Below are positions 9,778 through 19,072 of a stretch of DNA of 64,000 nt, one piece after another; within the stretch, counting starts at the first letter, position 1, and each line of letters begins with the position of its first letter. This DNA is from Propionibacterium sp. (lineage in GTDB: Bacteria > Actinomycetota > Actinomycetes > Propionibacteriales > Propionibacteriaceae). The position numbers and the translations under genes are program-made. The stretch spans positions 1,993 to 65,992 of the forward strand of contig JALHFX010000012.1 of NCBI GenBank assembly GCA_022837595.1. The letters run 5' to 3'. The notes under the pieces were generated by a model that worked only from the letters and a program-made list of their open reading frames with translations, ran no database searches and had not been told where the DNA came from.

Positions 9778-10614
9778 TCAGCCCAACAACCCCAGGTGAG
9801 CGAAAGCGTTATAGAGACCATCGGCCTCGACATCATCGGTCACGCAGTCTGCGATGGCCTTGATGTCGTCCGGCGCGTTACCCATCGCGATCCCGATGGC
9901 GCAGTACTCGAGCATCGGGATGTCCACCGCCGCGTCCCCAGCCGCGATGGTGTCTGCCCGGTCGGCTCCCAGGTGCTGCAGTAGCAGATCGACGGCGTGG
10001 GCCTTGTCGATATTCGCGACCCCGAGATCGCCGAATAACGCATGCGAGCCTCGGCCACCCCAGGTGCCGGCCTTCAGCTGCGGGAAGCGCTCCGAAGCAT
10101 CGAGGAAGTCCTGGTAGGAGCCCAGAACGAAGCTGATCTTGTTGATGTCATCCCGGTAGAGGTCGGCGCCGTAGATCATCTCGGGAAAGACATCATCGAC
10201 CGTGAGATCCGAGGTGTCAGCGACGCCCTTGCCGGTGATGTAGGCGCGGATGGTCGGCAACGCCGCCGTCTTGAAATCCGGACTGGCATACAGACCGGAA
10301 TTGGCCTCCAGGTAGAAGGCCAGTTTGCGGTCGTTCAGCCAATCGACGATTGTACGGCACTCGTCCGGTGTCAGGGACTGGTGCATGAGCACGGTGCCGC
10401 GATGCTCCAGATATGAGCCGTTACCGCCGATCATGCCATCGATGCCGATCTCCCAAAGCTCCGGGTACATCTCGGCTCGGCTGCGTCCGGTCGTCAGATA
10501 GACCAGATGGCCAGCCTGTCGGGCGCTGCGGACAGCGCGCACCGCAGACTCGGGCAGCTGATTGGAGTAGTCGACGAGGGTGCCGTCCACGTCGAGGAAG
10601 ATGATCTTCGCCAC
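9778..10614 (-). CDS. Cof-type HAD-IIB family hydrolase
   Basis: FLDVDGTL motif I, TTGRS motif II, KAHA...AAGDAAVDIPML motifs III/IV. Start trimmed to GTG 10614 (uncertain; in-frame alternatives at 10623 and 10638). Confidence 0.9.
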   Translation of the reverse strand: MAKIIFLDVDGTLVDYSNQLPESAVRAVRSARQAGHLVYLTTGRSRAEMYPELWEIGIDGMIGGNGSYLEHRGTVLMHQSLTPDECRTIVDWLNDRKLAFYLEANSGLYASPDFKTAALPTIRAYITGKGVADTSDLTVDDVFPEMIYGADLYRDDINKISFVLGSYQDFLDASERFPQLKAGTWGGRGSHALFGDLGVANIDKAHAVDLLLQHLGADRADTIAAGDAAVDIPMLEYCAIGIAMGNAPDDIKAIADCVTDDVEADGLYNAFAHLGLLG

Positions 10615-10754
10615 AGAATTCACTCGCTTTCTGACCACCAGGGATGAGCGAAGCCCTAGTGAGGTTCATCTGAGGAGCACTCAGATAGCGATACCGACCA
10701 GGCCGCTATCCATGGGCAAAGCCCAGTCTAGCCACTGGTGCCATTAGGCTCAGT

Positions 10755-10766
10755 TCAGATATCTGA
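10755..10766. promoter_or_regulatory. Perfect 12-bp palindrome TCAGATATCTGA just downstream of a TAGGCT -10 of cls; candidate operator
   Basis: Seen directly: TAGGCT at 10745-10750 and the palindrome at 10755-10766. The half-sites recur at 10668-10673 and 10681-10686. Confidence 0.35.
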
Positions 10767-10792
10767 CCAACTCGAAGGAGCGCGCCCAGCAG

Positions 10793-12298
10793 ATGAACGG
10801 GGTTTTCGTGGCCACAACGGTGCTCATTGTCATTGAGTACATCATCAAGATCATCGCGATCGGCGTGGTGCCGGAAAACCGCCGCCCATCATCGTCGATG
10901 GCGTGGTTGCTCCTTATTCTGTTCGTTCCGGTCGTGGGTGTGGTCTTCTTCGTGATGATCGGAAGCCCCTATGTCACTGGTCGGCGGGCCCAAATTCAAG
11001 CGGAGGCGAATGAGCTTCTCAAGACCGGCGTTGAAAGTGTTCCCAACGCGCCCGAGTCTGTTGAGTTACCGTCTGGTCTGGCGGGCGTGGTGGAGCTTTC
11101 ACGTTCCCTAACGGCGTTGCCGATGGTCACCGGGGTTAATCACGGTGTGGTCATGGATTATCAGGAAAGCATCGATCGCATGACGCGATTGGTTGAAGCG
11201 GCCACTGACTATGTGCACGTCGAGATCTACATCATGGCCCGCGACGCCACCACGGAGGGGTTCTTCACCGCACTCGAGAATGCGGTAAAACGTGGCGTGA
11301 AGGTTCGGGTGTTGCTCGACCACATCGGTTCGCGCAAGTATCCCGGCTTTCATCAATTTCTGAAGGACATGACCGCCGCGGGCATCTCCTGGTATCTGAT
11401 GATGCCGTTCTTACCCTTGCAAGGCAAGGTACGCCGCATCGACCTTCGCAACCACCGGAAACTAATGGTCGTCGACGGTCGCGTCGCAGTCATGGGATCG
11501 CAGAACATGATCGAGGCGCCTTATGAATCCGCGAAGAACCAGCAGCTGGGCCGACGCTGGAATGACATCACTGTTGAATTGACCGGTGAGATCGTCTCTT
11601 CGCTCGAAGCGGTATTCGTCGTTGACTGGTACACCGAATCTGGCGAGGTCCTGGATATGCACGCCTACCGTGCACCGGACGACGGCGAACCCATCGAGCG
11701 CCTCCTGCCGGCCCTCCACGGGCCGCAGCGTCCGGTTGGAGGCGAAGTCAACGCTGTTCAGTTGATCCCGTCTGGCCCCGGTTTTCGTACCGGCCCGAAT
11801 CTGCGCGTGTTCAATTCGCTGATGTACCTGGCAACCCGCCGGCTCGCGATCGTCAGCCCGTACTTCGTCCCCGACGAGTCGCTGTTGGCGGCCATCACCA
11901 CCGCGGCTTTCCGCGGAGTGGCAGTTGAGCTCTATGTCAGTGAGGTAGCCGACCAGTTCGCGGTCGACCGGGCTCAATCGTCCTATTACCAGGCGTTGTT
12001 GGATGCGGGAGTGACGATCTACCGTTACCCGGCACCACAGGTGCTGCACACCAAGTGCTTTCTCATCGACGACGAGATCGCGATCCTGGGCTCGTCGAAC
12101 ATGGACATGCGCTCGTTCGGACTGGACTACGAGATCAGCTTGCTCGCCTATGGTGGTGACATCGTGGACGATTTGCGAGAGATAATCGCGGCCTACGCCG
12201 CTGCCAGTAGCGTGCTCGATGCCGAGCAGTGGCCGAAACGGTCGCTGCGCAGGCGGTATGCGGAGTCCGTCATGCGACTGACCTCCGCACTCCAGTAG
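10793..12298 (+). CDS. cls: Cardiolipin synthase
   Basis: Two HKD motifs (RNHRKLMVVD; LHTKCFLID...GSSNMD), and N-terminal TM/PLDc_N (RRPSSSMAWLLLILFVPVVG). Confidence 0.9.
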   Translation: MNGVFVATTVLIVIEYIIKIIAIGVVPENRRPSSSMAWLLLILFVPVVGVVFFVMIGSPYVTGRRAQIQAEANELLKTGVESVPNAPESVELPSGLAGVVELSRSLTALPMVTGVNHGVVMDYQESIDRMTRLVEAATDYVHVEIYIMARDATTEGFFTALENAVKRGVKVRVLLDHIGSRKYPGFHQFLKDMTAAGISWYLMMPFLPLQGKVRRIDLRNHRKLMVVDGRVAVMGSQNMIEAPYESAKNQQLGRRWNDITVELTGEIVSSLEAVFVVDWYTESGEVLDMHAYRAPDDGEPIERLLPALHGPQRPVGGEVNAVQLIPSGPGFRTGPNLRVFNSLMYLATRRLAIVSPYFVPDESLLAAITTAAFRGVAVELYVSEVADQFAVDRAQSSYYQALLDAGVTIYRYPAPQVLHTKCFLIDDEIAILGSSNMDMRSFGLDYEISLLAYGGDIVDDLREIIAAYAAASSVLDAEQWPKRSLRRRYAESVMRLTSALQ

Positions 12299-12326
12299 GC
12301 ATGGGTGCAGCGTAGCCACTATCGAC

Positions 12327-12378
12327 CCTCTCTCGTTGTCTCCACGGCATCATCCAGGCTCCGCGAGACTCAGAGAGG
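12327..12378 (+). terminator. Nested stem-loop after cls (possible terminator)
   Basis: CCTCTCT (12327-33) pairs with AGAGAGG (12372-78), and GTCTC (12338-42) pairs with GAGAC (12365-69). There is no U-tract. Confidence 0.3.
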
Positions 12379-12429
12379 ACCGACTATGATGCATCGCTGC
12401 GTCGTCCAGTTCGAAAGAACACCGGACAG

Positions 12430-14454
12430 ATGAACAAACCGGTAGATCCCCAACCTGCAGACCACCCTCCGCAGCAAGAAACAGACTCCGACGCTCAAGA
12501 ACCGCGGCCGGTCAACAGGCCGGGGCGCCAGATTCGGGATGTCCTCAAGGGGGTCGCCGTCTCCACGCTCAGGCCACTTCATCCCGGGCTCATTCCCGGT
12601 ATCGGAGTCGAGCAGACTGCAGTCGCCTTCCCCACGAACAAGACGGTCTTCTTCGGGGCCGCCACGGTAATCCTTGCCGTAGTTATTTGGGCGTTCGTCG
12701 CACCCGACAATCTGGCAACTGTCGGTGCGGTATCGCTGGATTGGGTGACCGTGAACTTCGGCTGGCTCTTCGGCGCCTTGGCAATCGGGATCGCTCTGTT
12801 CATGCTCGTCGTCGGCTACGGCCGCACTGGAGGAATCCGTCTTGGCGCGGACGACGAAGAACCAGAGTATTCGATGACATCGTGGGTCGCGATGCTTTTC
12901 GCGGCTGGCTTGGGCATTGGCCTGCTCTTCTATGGTCCCCTCGAACCCCTCACCTACTTCCTCTCACCGGCTCCTGGCCAAGATGTGACAGGCGGTACGA
13001 TCGATGCCGCACTGCCGGCAATGGCTCAGACCTTCTTGCATTGGGGGCCAATCGCATGGGCGTTCTACGCGTTGGTCGGCGGGGCAATCGCCTACAATTC
13101 GTACCGCCGCGGCCGCCCGCCACTGATCTCTGCGCTTTTTGAGCCGGTCTTCCCCGGCGTACCCAGACGGGTGCTGGGTCGTATCATCGACTTTTTCGCG
13201 ATCATCGTCACCCTTTTCGGCACCGCGGTTTCATTGGGTATCGGCGCCTTGCAGATCCAAAGCGGCGTGATGGTCGTGACGGGTTTGCCGCCGCTGGGCA
13301 ATACCTTCCTCGTGGCCGCGATTGCAGTGCTCACTTCGCTCTTCATCGGTTCAGCGGTGTCCGGGATCAAGCGCGGTGTTCGAATGCTGTCGAATATCAA
13401 TATGGTTCTGGTCGGCCTGCTGGGCCTATTCGTGCTGATTGCCGGCCCTACCGTATTCATCCTGAATTTCCTGCCCACATCGATTATCGAGTTCGTGCGG
13501 CAACTCGGCACGATGATGACGTTGAACGCCAATGACGGTCCCGAGGCGGTGGCATTCCTGGGTTCCTGGACCACCTACTACTGGGCGTGGTGGGTCTCCT
13601 GGACCCCGTTCGTCGGCATGTTCATCGCCAAGATCTCGCGCGGACGCACACTGCGCGAGTTCGTCACGACGATCGTGCTCGTTCCTTCGGCGATTGTGAT
13701 CGCTTGGTTCGTTGTCTACGGCAGCACCGCCATTTGGATGACACTGGATGGTGCCGATCTGCAAAGCGGCGGAACCAGTGAAGAGGTCTTCTTCCAGATT
13801 CTGCAGCAGCTGCCATTCGGAACGGTGACCTCGGTTCTTGCGATGATCGCTGTCCTTGTTTTCTTCGTCACCGCGGCCGATTCGGCGTCTATCGTGATGG
13901 CCTCGACTTCGCAATCGGGAAGGCCTGAGCCTTCGAGATGGGTGACGATCACGTGGGGTCTGTTACTTGCGCTCATCGCGAGTGCCCTGCTGCTGGCCGG
14001 TGGTCAGGCCACATTGTCCGGGTTGCAGTCCATCATGGTGGTTTCTGCGCTCCCATTCGCATTCGTGGTGATCGGCATCATGTTCTCCTGGGCGAAAGAT
14101 CTGCGCACCGACCCCTACATCATCCGGCGGCATTACGCTCGCGCGGCAATCGCCCAGGGCGTCCGCAGAGGCATAGACAAATATGGTGACGATTTCGTCT
14201 TCGGCGCCGCGAGTGTACCGGCCGAGGAAGGCGCGGGCGCAGGATTCGACAGCCATGATCCGGTATTGACCGCGTGGTATGTCGAGGCGACTACCGGCCA
14301 GATCACCGCTGTTACCGCAGACGATGTGCGTCGTACTTTGGAGCCCGGCCGTATTCAGAAGAAGGGCGAGAACGTCCCGGAGCGGGCGGCCTCGGGAGAT
14401 GCATCGTTGACTGTCGGCGAGAGACCCAAGAGGCGGCGTCGATCAGACGCTTAG
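12430..14454 (+). CDS. BCCT family (betaine/carnitine/choline) transporter
   Basis: SWVAMLFAAGLGIGLLFYG, FLHWG, WTTYYWAWWVSWTPFVGMFIAKISRGRTLREF. Confidence 0.93.
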   Translation: MNKPVDPQPADHPPQQETDSDAQEPRPVNRPGRQIRDVLKGVAVSTLRPLHPGLIPGIGVEQTAVAFPTNKTVFFGAATVILAVVIWAFVAPDNLATVGAVSLDWVTVNFGWLFGALAIGIALFMLVVGYGRTGGIRLGADDEEPEYSMTSWVAMLFAAGLGIGLLFYGPLEPLTYFLSPAPGQDVTGGTIDAALPAMAQTFLHWGPIAWAFYALVGGAIAYNSYRRGRPPLISALFEPVFPGVPRRVLGRIIDFFAIIVTLFGTAVSLGIGALQIQSGVMVVTGLPPLGNTFLVAAIAVLTSLFIGSAVSGIKRGVRMLSNINMVLVGLLGLFVLIAGPTVFILNFLPTSIIEFVRQLGTMMTLNANDGPEAVAFLGSWTTYYWAWWVSWTPFVGMFIAKISRGRTLREFVTTIVLVPSAIVIAWFVVYGSTAIWMTLDGADLQSGGTSEEVFFQILQQLPFGTVTSVLAMIAVLVFFVTAADSASIVMASTSQSGRPEPSRWVTITWGLLLALIASALLLAGGQATLSGLQSIMVVSALPFAFVVIGIMFSWAKDLRTDPYIIRRHYARAAIAQGVRRGIDKYGDDFVFGAASVPAEEGAGAGFDSHDPVLTAWYVEATTGQITAVTADDVRRTLEPGRIQKKGENVPERAASGDASLTVGERPKRRRRSDA

Positions 14455-14487
14455 CTTTCACGGGGCGGGTGAGCCTGCGAGCGGGTG

Positions 14488-14538
14488 ATTATCGAGTTCA
14501 CTTTTTCGGCTGTACGCGGCAAAACTGAACTCGATAAT
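14488..14538. terminator. Long inverted repeat between convergent BCCT and ClC genes; probable bidirectional terminator
   Basis: ATTATCGAGTTCA (14488-14500) and TGAACTCGATAAT (14526-14538) form a perfect 13-bp pair, with inner TTTT/AAAA pairing. Confidence 0.5.
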
Positions 14539-14557
14539 TCCGGAATGGTCGAAATCA

Positions 14558-14589
14558 GCAAGGCACACAAGAGCAAGGCACGCAAGAGC
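14558..14589. repeat. 15-bp tandem duplication GCAAGGCAC(A/G)CAAGA x2
   Basis: Seen directly: GCAAGGCACACAAGA GCAAGGCACGCAAGA GC. Confidence 0.6.
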
Positions 14590-14628
14590 TTGTTGCGCGA
14601 TGGATGGATTCAAATCGTGAGCTCTTCG

Positions 14629-15960
14629 TCAGTGGCTCGGAGGGTTGATCCGTGGATCGGCCATCATCCGCTCGCCGAGCGAGTCATAGATCGGTACTGC
14701 GCCGATCATGGTCGCGACCAACACGGCGCAGCCGGCCGCCACCAGCATAGGGAGCGAGAGCGCAGTTGCAGCTGTCATCTCCATCACTATCACGATGCCG
14801 GTCATCGGTGCCCGCACAGTCGCAGCGAAGAAAGCCCCCATGCCGACGATGGCTGTCGATATCGCCAGATCCGGGTGCGTTACCCACGGCGAAATCAATT
14901 GCGCGAAGAGCACACCCCACAGTGCGCCCACCAAGAGCAACGGTGCGAACAAGCCGCCCGGGACTTTCGACGCATAAGACAGTGGACCCGCCACGAACCT
15001 CACAGCAAGATAGGCGATCAGCATCGGAAGCGCGAAAGAATGTCCTGAGACGATCTGCTGCGAGAGCGCATCACCGCCGCCCCCGGAGAACGGATCGAAC
15101 CATAGCGCGAGCCCGATGAGCCCGCCGATGAAGGCCGCCTTGGCTTCGTTCGGAATCTTCTTCAGTGAAGAAGAACGATCATACAAACTGAGAATCAGAC
15201 GGTTGTAAACAACGCCGAGGAAACCGGTGATGAGACCGAAAACGATGAAGACCGGCAGGTACTGAACGCCGGGAGCGTTGAGCGTCCGCACTGCGAAGTC
15301 GGGTTCATCGCCGATGATTAGACGCGCGCAGCCGACTGCGACGGCGACTGCAACCATCGTGGGTAGAACCGTCCGCACTTTGAACGACTTGGTGACTTCT
15401 TCGAAGACGAACAACGCACCGCCGATAGGTGCATTGAATGCGACCGCGAGCCCGGCGCCGGCCAGAGAGGTCTGAAGAGTCGCGATGTCTGCAGAGTCCC
15501 GCTTGGCACGACGTGCTGCCGCTGCACCGAAGGCTGCTCCCATTTGTACGGTAGGTCCCTCGCGACCAAGAACGAGTCCAGCGCCCAGGGCGAGCAAACC
15601 GCCGAAGAACTTCACCGGTAACAGAAGGAACGGGGCAGCAGGCAGTGCTCCCCTATCGACTGCTTCGACATGTTGTACTCCGCTGCCGGAGGCAATCGGC
15701 ATATTACGCACCAGCAGTGAGGCGACCGCCGCCAGTATCGCCACCGTTACGACAGGGATGACCCAGCCCACCCAACCGAGCCCATGCGACCAGATCAGGA
15801 CGGTGTGGCGGATATCGGCTGCGCGATCCAGGCCCCATCGAAAGGCACCGCCAACGAAGCCGATTCCCGCACCTGCAACCACCGCGAGCGCGCACAGTAT
15901 GAGAAGGCTTTTACCGGGGGTCTCGTCTTCTGGACGATCGAGCCCCGTCGCGTTAGACAA
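14629..15960 (-). CDS. ClC family H+/Cl- exchange transporter
   Basis: GSGVQ, GREGP, FNAPIGG, GGLFAP, VRAPMTG and PIYD signatures. GAAGGAG SD before TTG 15960. Confidence 0.92.
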   Translation of the reverse strand: MSNATGLDRPEDETPGKSLLILCALAVVAGAGIGFVGGAFRWGLDRAADIRHTVLIWSHGLGWVGWVIPVVTVAILAAVASLLVRNMPIASGSGVQHVEAVDRGALPAAPFLLLPVKFFGGLLALGAGLVLGREGPTVQMGAAFGAAAARRAKRDSADIATLQTSLAGAGLAVAFNAPIGGALFVFEEVTKSFKVRTVLPTMVAVAVAVGCARLIIGDEPDFAVRTLNAPGVQYLPVFIVFGLITGFLGVVYNRLILSLYDRSSSLKKIPNEAKAAFIGGLIGLALWFDPFSGGGGDALSQQIVSGHSFALPMLIAYLAVRFVAGPLSYASKVPGGLFAPLLLVGALWGVLFAQLISPWVTHPDLAISTAIVGMGAFFAATVRAPMTGIVIVMEMTAATALSLPMLVAAGCAVLVATMIGAVPIYDSLGERMMADPRINPPSH

Positions 15961-16459
15961 GGTCTGCTCCTTCGATGAGCTTCACTGTGCCCCCTCGAAC
16001 AGACAGATGCTGGAGTCCTCCCCACGCTCGGAAAGCCTCGGCAACTGCCATATCCGCTCCCTGGGCGTGCGGTTGTATCCGGTCTGTCGTGCGACCTCCA
16101 AGCGGCCGTTAAGAGACGAGAGGATCCTAGCAGACACGGTCCGTGTTGCGCTGCTCCGCCGGTATGGAGCGTAGCTGCAGGCGAGTAGCCGCCGACGAGT
16201 GGAGCTAGTGCGAGCAAGCTGCAGCAAGTGTCCACTCTCGTAATCGGCTGGGTGAAACCACAGGTCGAGGGTTGGCAACCATCGACAAGATACTCCTGGT
16301 ATCCTCATTCCGTCAGGGTACAGATGCCCCATAAGCTGTGGGTTTTGGGACTGGTCGTTTTGTCTGCGTCCCCAATGCATAGAGGATGACCGACGCTGGG
16401 CTGCTGGTTGCCTTGCCAAACTGTGCGCGGCACGCACGAGGAATCACCGACGAGGAGAA

Positions 16460-19072
16460 GTGATGCGCAACATCTTCGAGGTATTCCTCCGCGATGCGAA
16501 GCGTCTGCTGCGTGTTCCGATCGCGGTAGTTATTCTCGCTGGCTTGATCATCCTGCCGTGCCTTTACGCTTGGCTCAACATCATCGCCTTCTGGGATCCA
16601 TATTCGGATACGAAGGAAATCAAGATCGCTGTCGTCAATCTGGACGAAGGTGCCTCGAACAGCTTGGCCGGTGACATCAACGTCGGTGATCAGGTCGTGG
16701 ACCAACTGAGGGACAACCACGATATCGGATGGCAATTCGTCGACCAGGATGAAGCGATGTCCGCGGTCAAATCTGGGCATATGTATGCCGCAATCGTGAT
16801 CCCCAAGGATTTCAGCAAAAATCTACTCACGATCGTGACGCCCGATTTCGTGCAACCGGAACTTGACTACTACGTCAATGAAAAGGCCAATGCGATCGCG
16901 CCGAAGATCACCGATACGGCGGCCGCCACGGTCGATACTCAGGTCAACTCGACTTTCGTTTCTACGGTCGCTCAGACGATGGCCCAAGAACTCGAAAAGG
17001 TCGGAGTGGATACCGGGGATCGGTTGCTCAATGTGCAGAGCCACGCCGTAGCCACCCTCGATGAAGCTGTCGCCGACGTGCAATCTGCGCGCGTTGGACT
17101 CAGCGATATCGAAGTGAGCCTGGGCGACGCGCAGGTGGGGCTTGGCGCCACGAGGAGCGCTCTTCGTAACACCGACAACGCCATTGTCGATGCGCAAAGT
17201 GCAATTGCGCAGACGCAGGCGCTGGTGACAGAGGTGCAGCAGGATCTTGTCACTCTCACCGATGCGGTGACGAATGCATATGTCTCGGCGGCTGGACGGC
17301 TGTCCGAGATCTCATCGCAGGTGAACGGCATGATCGCCGAGGTTTCTGCGGCAGCTTCGCAGGCGAACGTCGAGGTCGGCGGCGCGTTGAATGATGTGAC
17401 TGCGGTAGTCGAGGCTAATGGCAGGGTGATCGAAAGACTCAAAGAACTGCAAAGCGGTCTCGACCCCTCGATTCCTGGCTACAACGAAATACAGACGGCC
17501 ATCCAACGACTCGAAACCCAAAACGCCGCAGACCAAGAGTTGCTGGCGAACCTGACCGCGCTCAACAACGACACTGAAGATGTGATCTCGGCGATCCAAT
17601 CGTCGGCCGATGCCATTAATGCCGCTATTCGTGACAGCGCGGATTCAGCGAGTGCGGTCCGTGACGTCCTGTCCAGCACCCTGCCAGACATCAATAGCGC
17701 AATGTCGGCGATGTCGGCCAGTGCCGGGGCATTCTCGTCCGCCCTCGACTCGCAGCGGCGCGTGGTCGCCGAGTCGATCAACCTGCTCACCGCACTCGAA
17801 GGTCAGCTTGGCGACACGGTCACCGCGCTGGTGACGCTCGACGGTAACCTCGCGGACGTTGAGCGTGATCTCGAGAACGTGCGCACTGATGTGGCTGCGC
17901 TGAGCAATGCTGATATCTGGAACAAGGTGCACGCCCTGACCGGGCTGAATCCGGATCAGATCGCGAAGTTCATGGCATCGCCGGTTCAGGTGAACGAGCA
18001 TGATGTCTTCCCGGTGCCCACCTATGGGTCTGCGATGGCCCCGCTGTTCACGAACTTGTCGCTGTGGATCGGTGCTTTCGTCCTGGTCGTGCTCATCAAA
18101 CAAGAGGTCGATACCGAGGGCATCGAGGGCCTCACCGTTCGTCAGGCCTACCTCGGACGTTGGCTGCTGCTCGCGGTGCTCAATGTGCTGCAAGCACTTC
18201 TGGTCAGCATCGGCAATATCGTCATCGGCGTCCAGATGGCCAATGCTGCGGCGTTCGTGGCCACGAGCGTATTCGTCGGATTCGTCTATCTCGCGATCAT
18301 TTATGCGCTGGCGGTTTCGTTCGGGTATATCGGCAAGGGCATCATCATCCTCTTCGTGATCATGCAGATCCCTGGAGCCTCCGGCATCTATCCGATCCAG
18401 ATGATGCCAGAGTTCTTCCAGAGACTATTCCCGTTCTTCCCATTCACGCATGGAATCGATGCGATGCGGGAGACAATCGGTGGCTTCTATGACGGCTACT
18501 ATCTGCGGGCCTTGGCGATTCTGGCTGTCTTTGCGGTGCTCTCCTTCTTCTTGGGGATCTTCGTCAGACAACGCATCGGCAGTCTGTCCAGGCTCTTCAA
18601 CCGCAATCTGGATGAAACAGAGCTCTACGTTGCCGAAGATGTGCAGATCCTCGGTTCGCGCCGCAGGCTGCACCAGATGGTCCAGGCGCTCACCAACAGA
18701 GAGCAATTCCAGGAAGAGACCCTCGAGCGCAGGCGGCGGTTCGAACGCAGCCATCTCTCGCTTCGCCGTCTGGCCCTGCTGCTCGGTGTCTTGGCATCGG
18801 TGATCCTTCTGGGCTTCTCGTGGCTCTTCCCTGATACCAAGGCGACGGTGTTGGGCCTGTGGGGTGTGCTGTGTTTGTTGGTCATCGGAACCTTGGTAAC
18901 GCTCGAGTACCTCAAGCAGAACATCGGCTTTGCCACGGAAGTCGGCGAAATGCCTGATCTTGACTTGCAGAATGCTCTCAGACATGAAGAGGCAGCATCT
19001 CATTCGGCCGCTGTTCTTGATGACCTCGAGGCGAATCGGCGTGACGAAAGAGAGCAGGGGCAAGACGCATGA
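16460..19072 (+). CDS. YhgE/Pip domain-containing membrane protein (with an extra C-terminal two-TM extension)
   Basis: PCLYAWLNIIAFWDPY, IAVVNLDEG, YYVNEKANAIAPKIT, long heptad-rich region, YGSAMAPLFTNLSLWIG, and ABC-2-like TM bundle. Confidence 0.9.
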   Translation: MMRNIFEVFLRDAKRLLRVPIAVVILAGLIILPCLYAWLNIIAFWDPYSDTKEIKIAVVNLDEGASNSLAGDINVGDQVVDQLRDNHDIGWQFVDQDEAMSAVKSGHMYAAIVIPKDFSKNLLTIVTPDFVQPELDYYVNEKANAIAPKITDTAAATVDTQVNSTFVSTVAQTMAQELEKVGVDTGDRLLNVQSHAVATLDEAVADVQSARVGLSDIEVSLGDAQVGLGATRSALRNTDNAIVDAQSAIAQTQALVTEVQQDLVTLTDAVTNAYVSAAGRLSEISSQVNGMIAEVSAAASQANVEVGGALNDVTAVVEANGRVIERLKELQSGLDPSIPGYNEIQTAIQRLETQNAADQELLANLTALNNDTEDVISAIQSSADAINAAIRDSADSASAVRDVLSSTLPDINSAMSAMSASAGAFSSALDSQRRVVAESINLLTALEGQLGDTVTALVTLDGNLADVERDLENVRTDVAALSNADIWNKVHALTGLNPDQIAKFMASPVQVNEHDVFPVPTYGSAMAPLFTNLSLWIGAFVLVVLIKQEVDTEGIEGLTVRQAYLGRWLLLAVLNVLQALLVSIGNIVIGVQMANAAAFVATSVFVGFVYLAIIYALAVSFGYIGKGIIILFVIMQIPGASGIYPIQMMPEFFQRLFPFFPFTHGIDAMRETIGGFYDGYYLRALAILAVFAVLSFFLGIFVRQRIGSLSRLFNRNLDETELYVAEDVQILGSRRRLHQMVQALTNREQFQEETLERRRRFERSHLSLRRLALLLGVLASVILLGFSWLFPDTKATVLGLWGVLCLLVIGTLVTLEYLKQNIGFATEVGEMPDLDLQNALRHEEAASHSAAVLDDLEANRRDEREQGQDA

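Noticed and set aside
12301-12429. Glycine or c-di-AMP riboswitch ahead of the BCCT transporter
   Set aside because: Consensus cores are missing, and the hairpin lies upstream of the TATGAT -10 (12385-90), so it is probably not in the BCCT transcript.
15961-16140. Fluoride riboswitch and fluoride-type CLC
   Set aside because: An AACCGC...GCGG hairpin is present but the GGxGATGG 5' element and GCTGATGAC 3' element are not. The protein has canonical GSG/GREGP/Tyr chloride motifs, not the GNNLI/GREGT of CLC-F.
15982-16437. 151-aa minus-strand ORF in the clc-Pip gap
   Set aside because: No recognisable motif, Arg/Ser-rich composition, and no clear SD.
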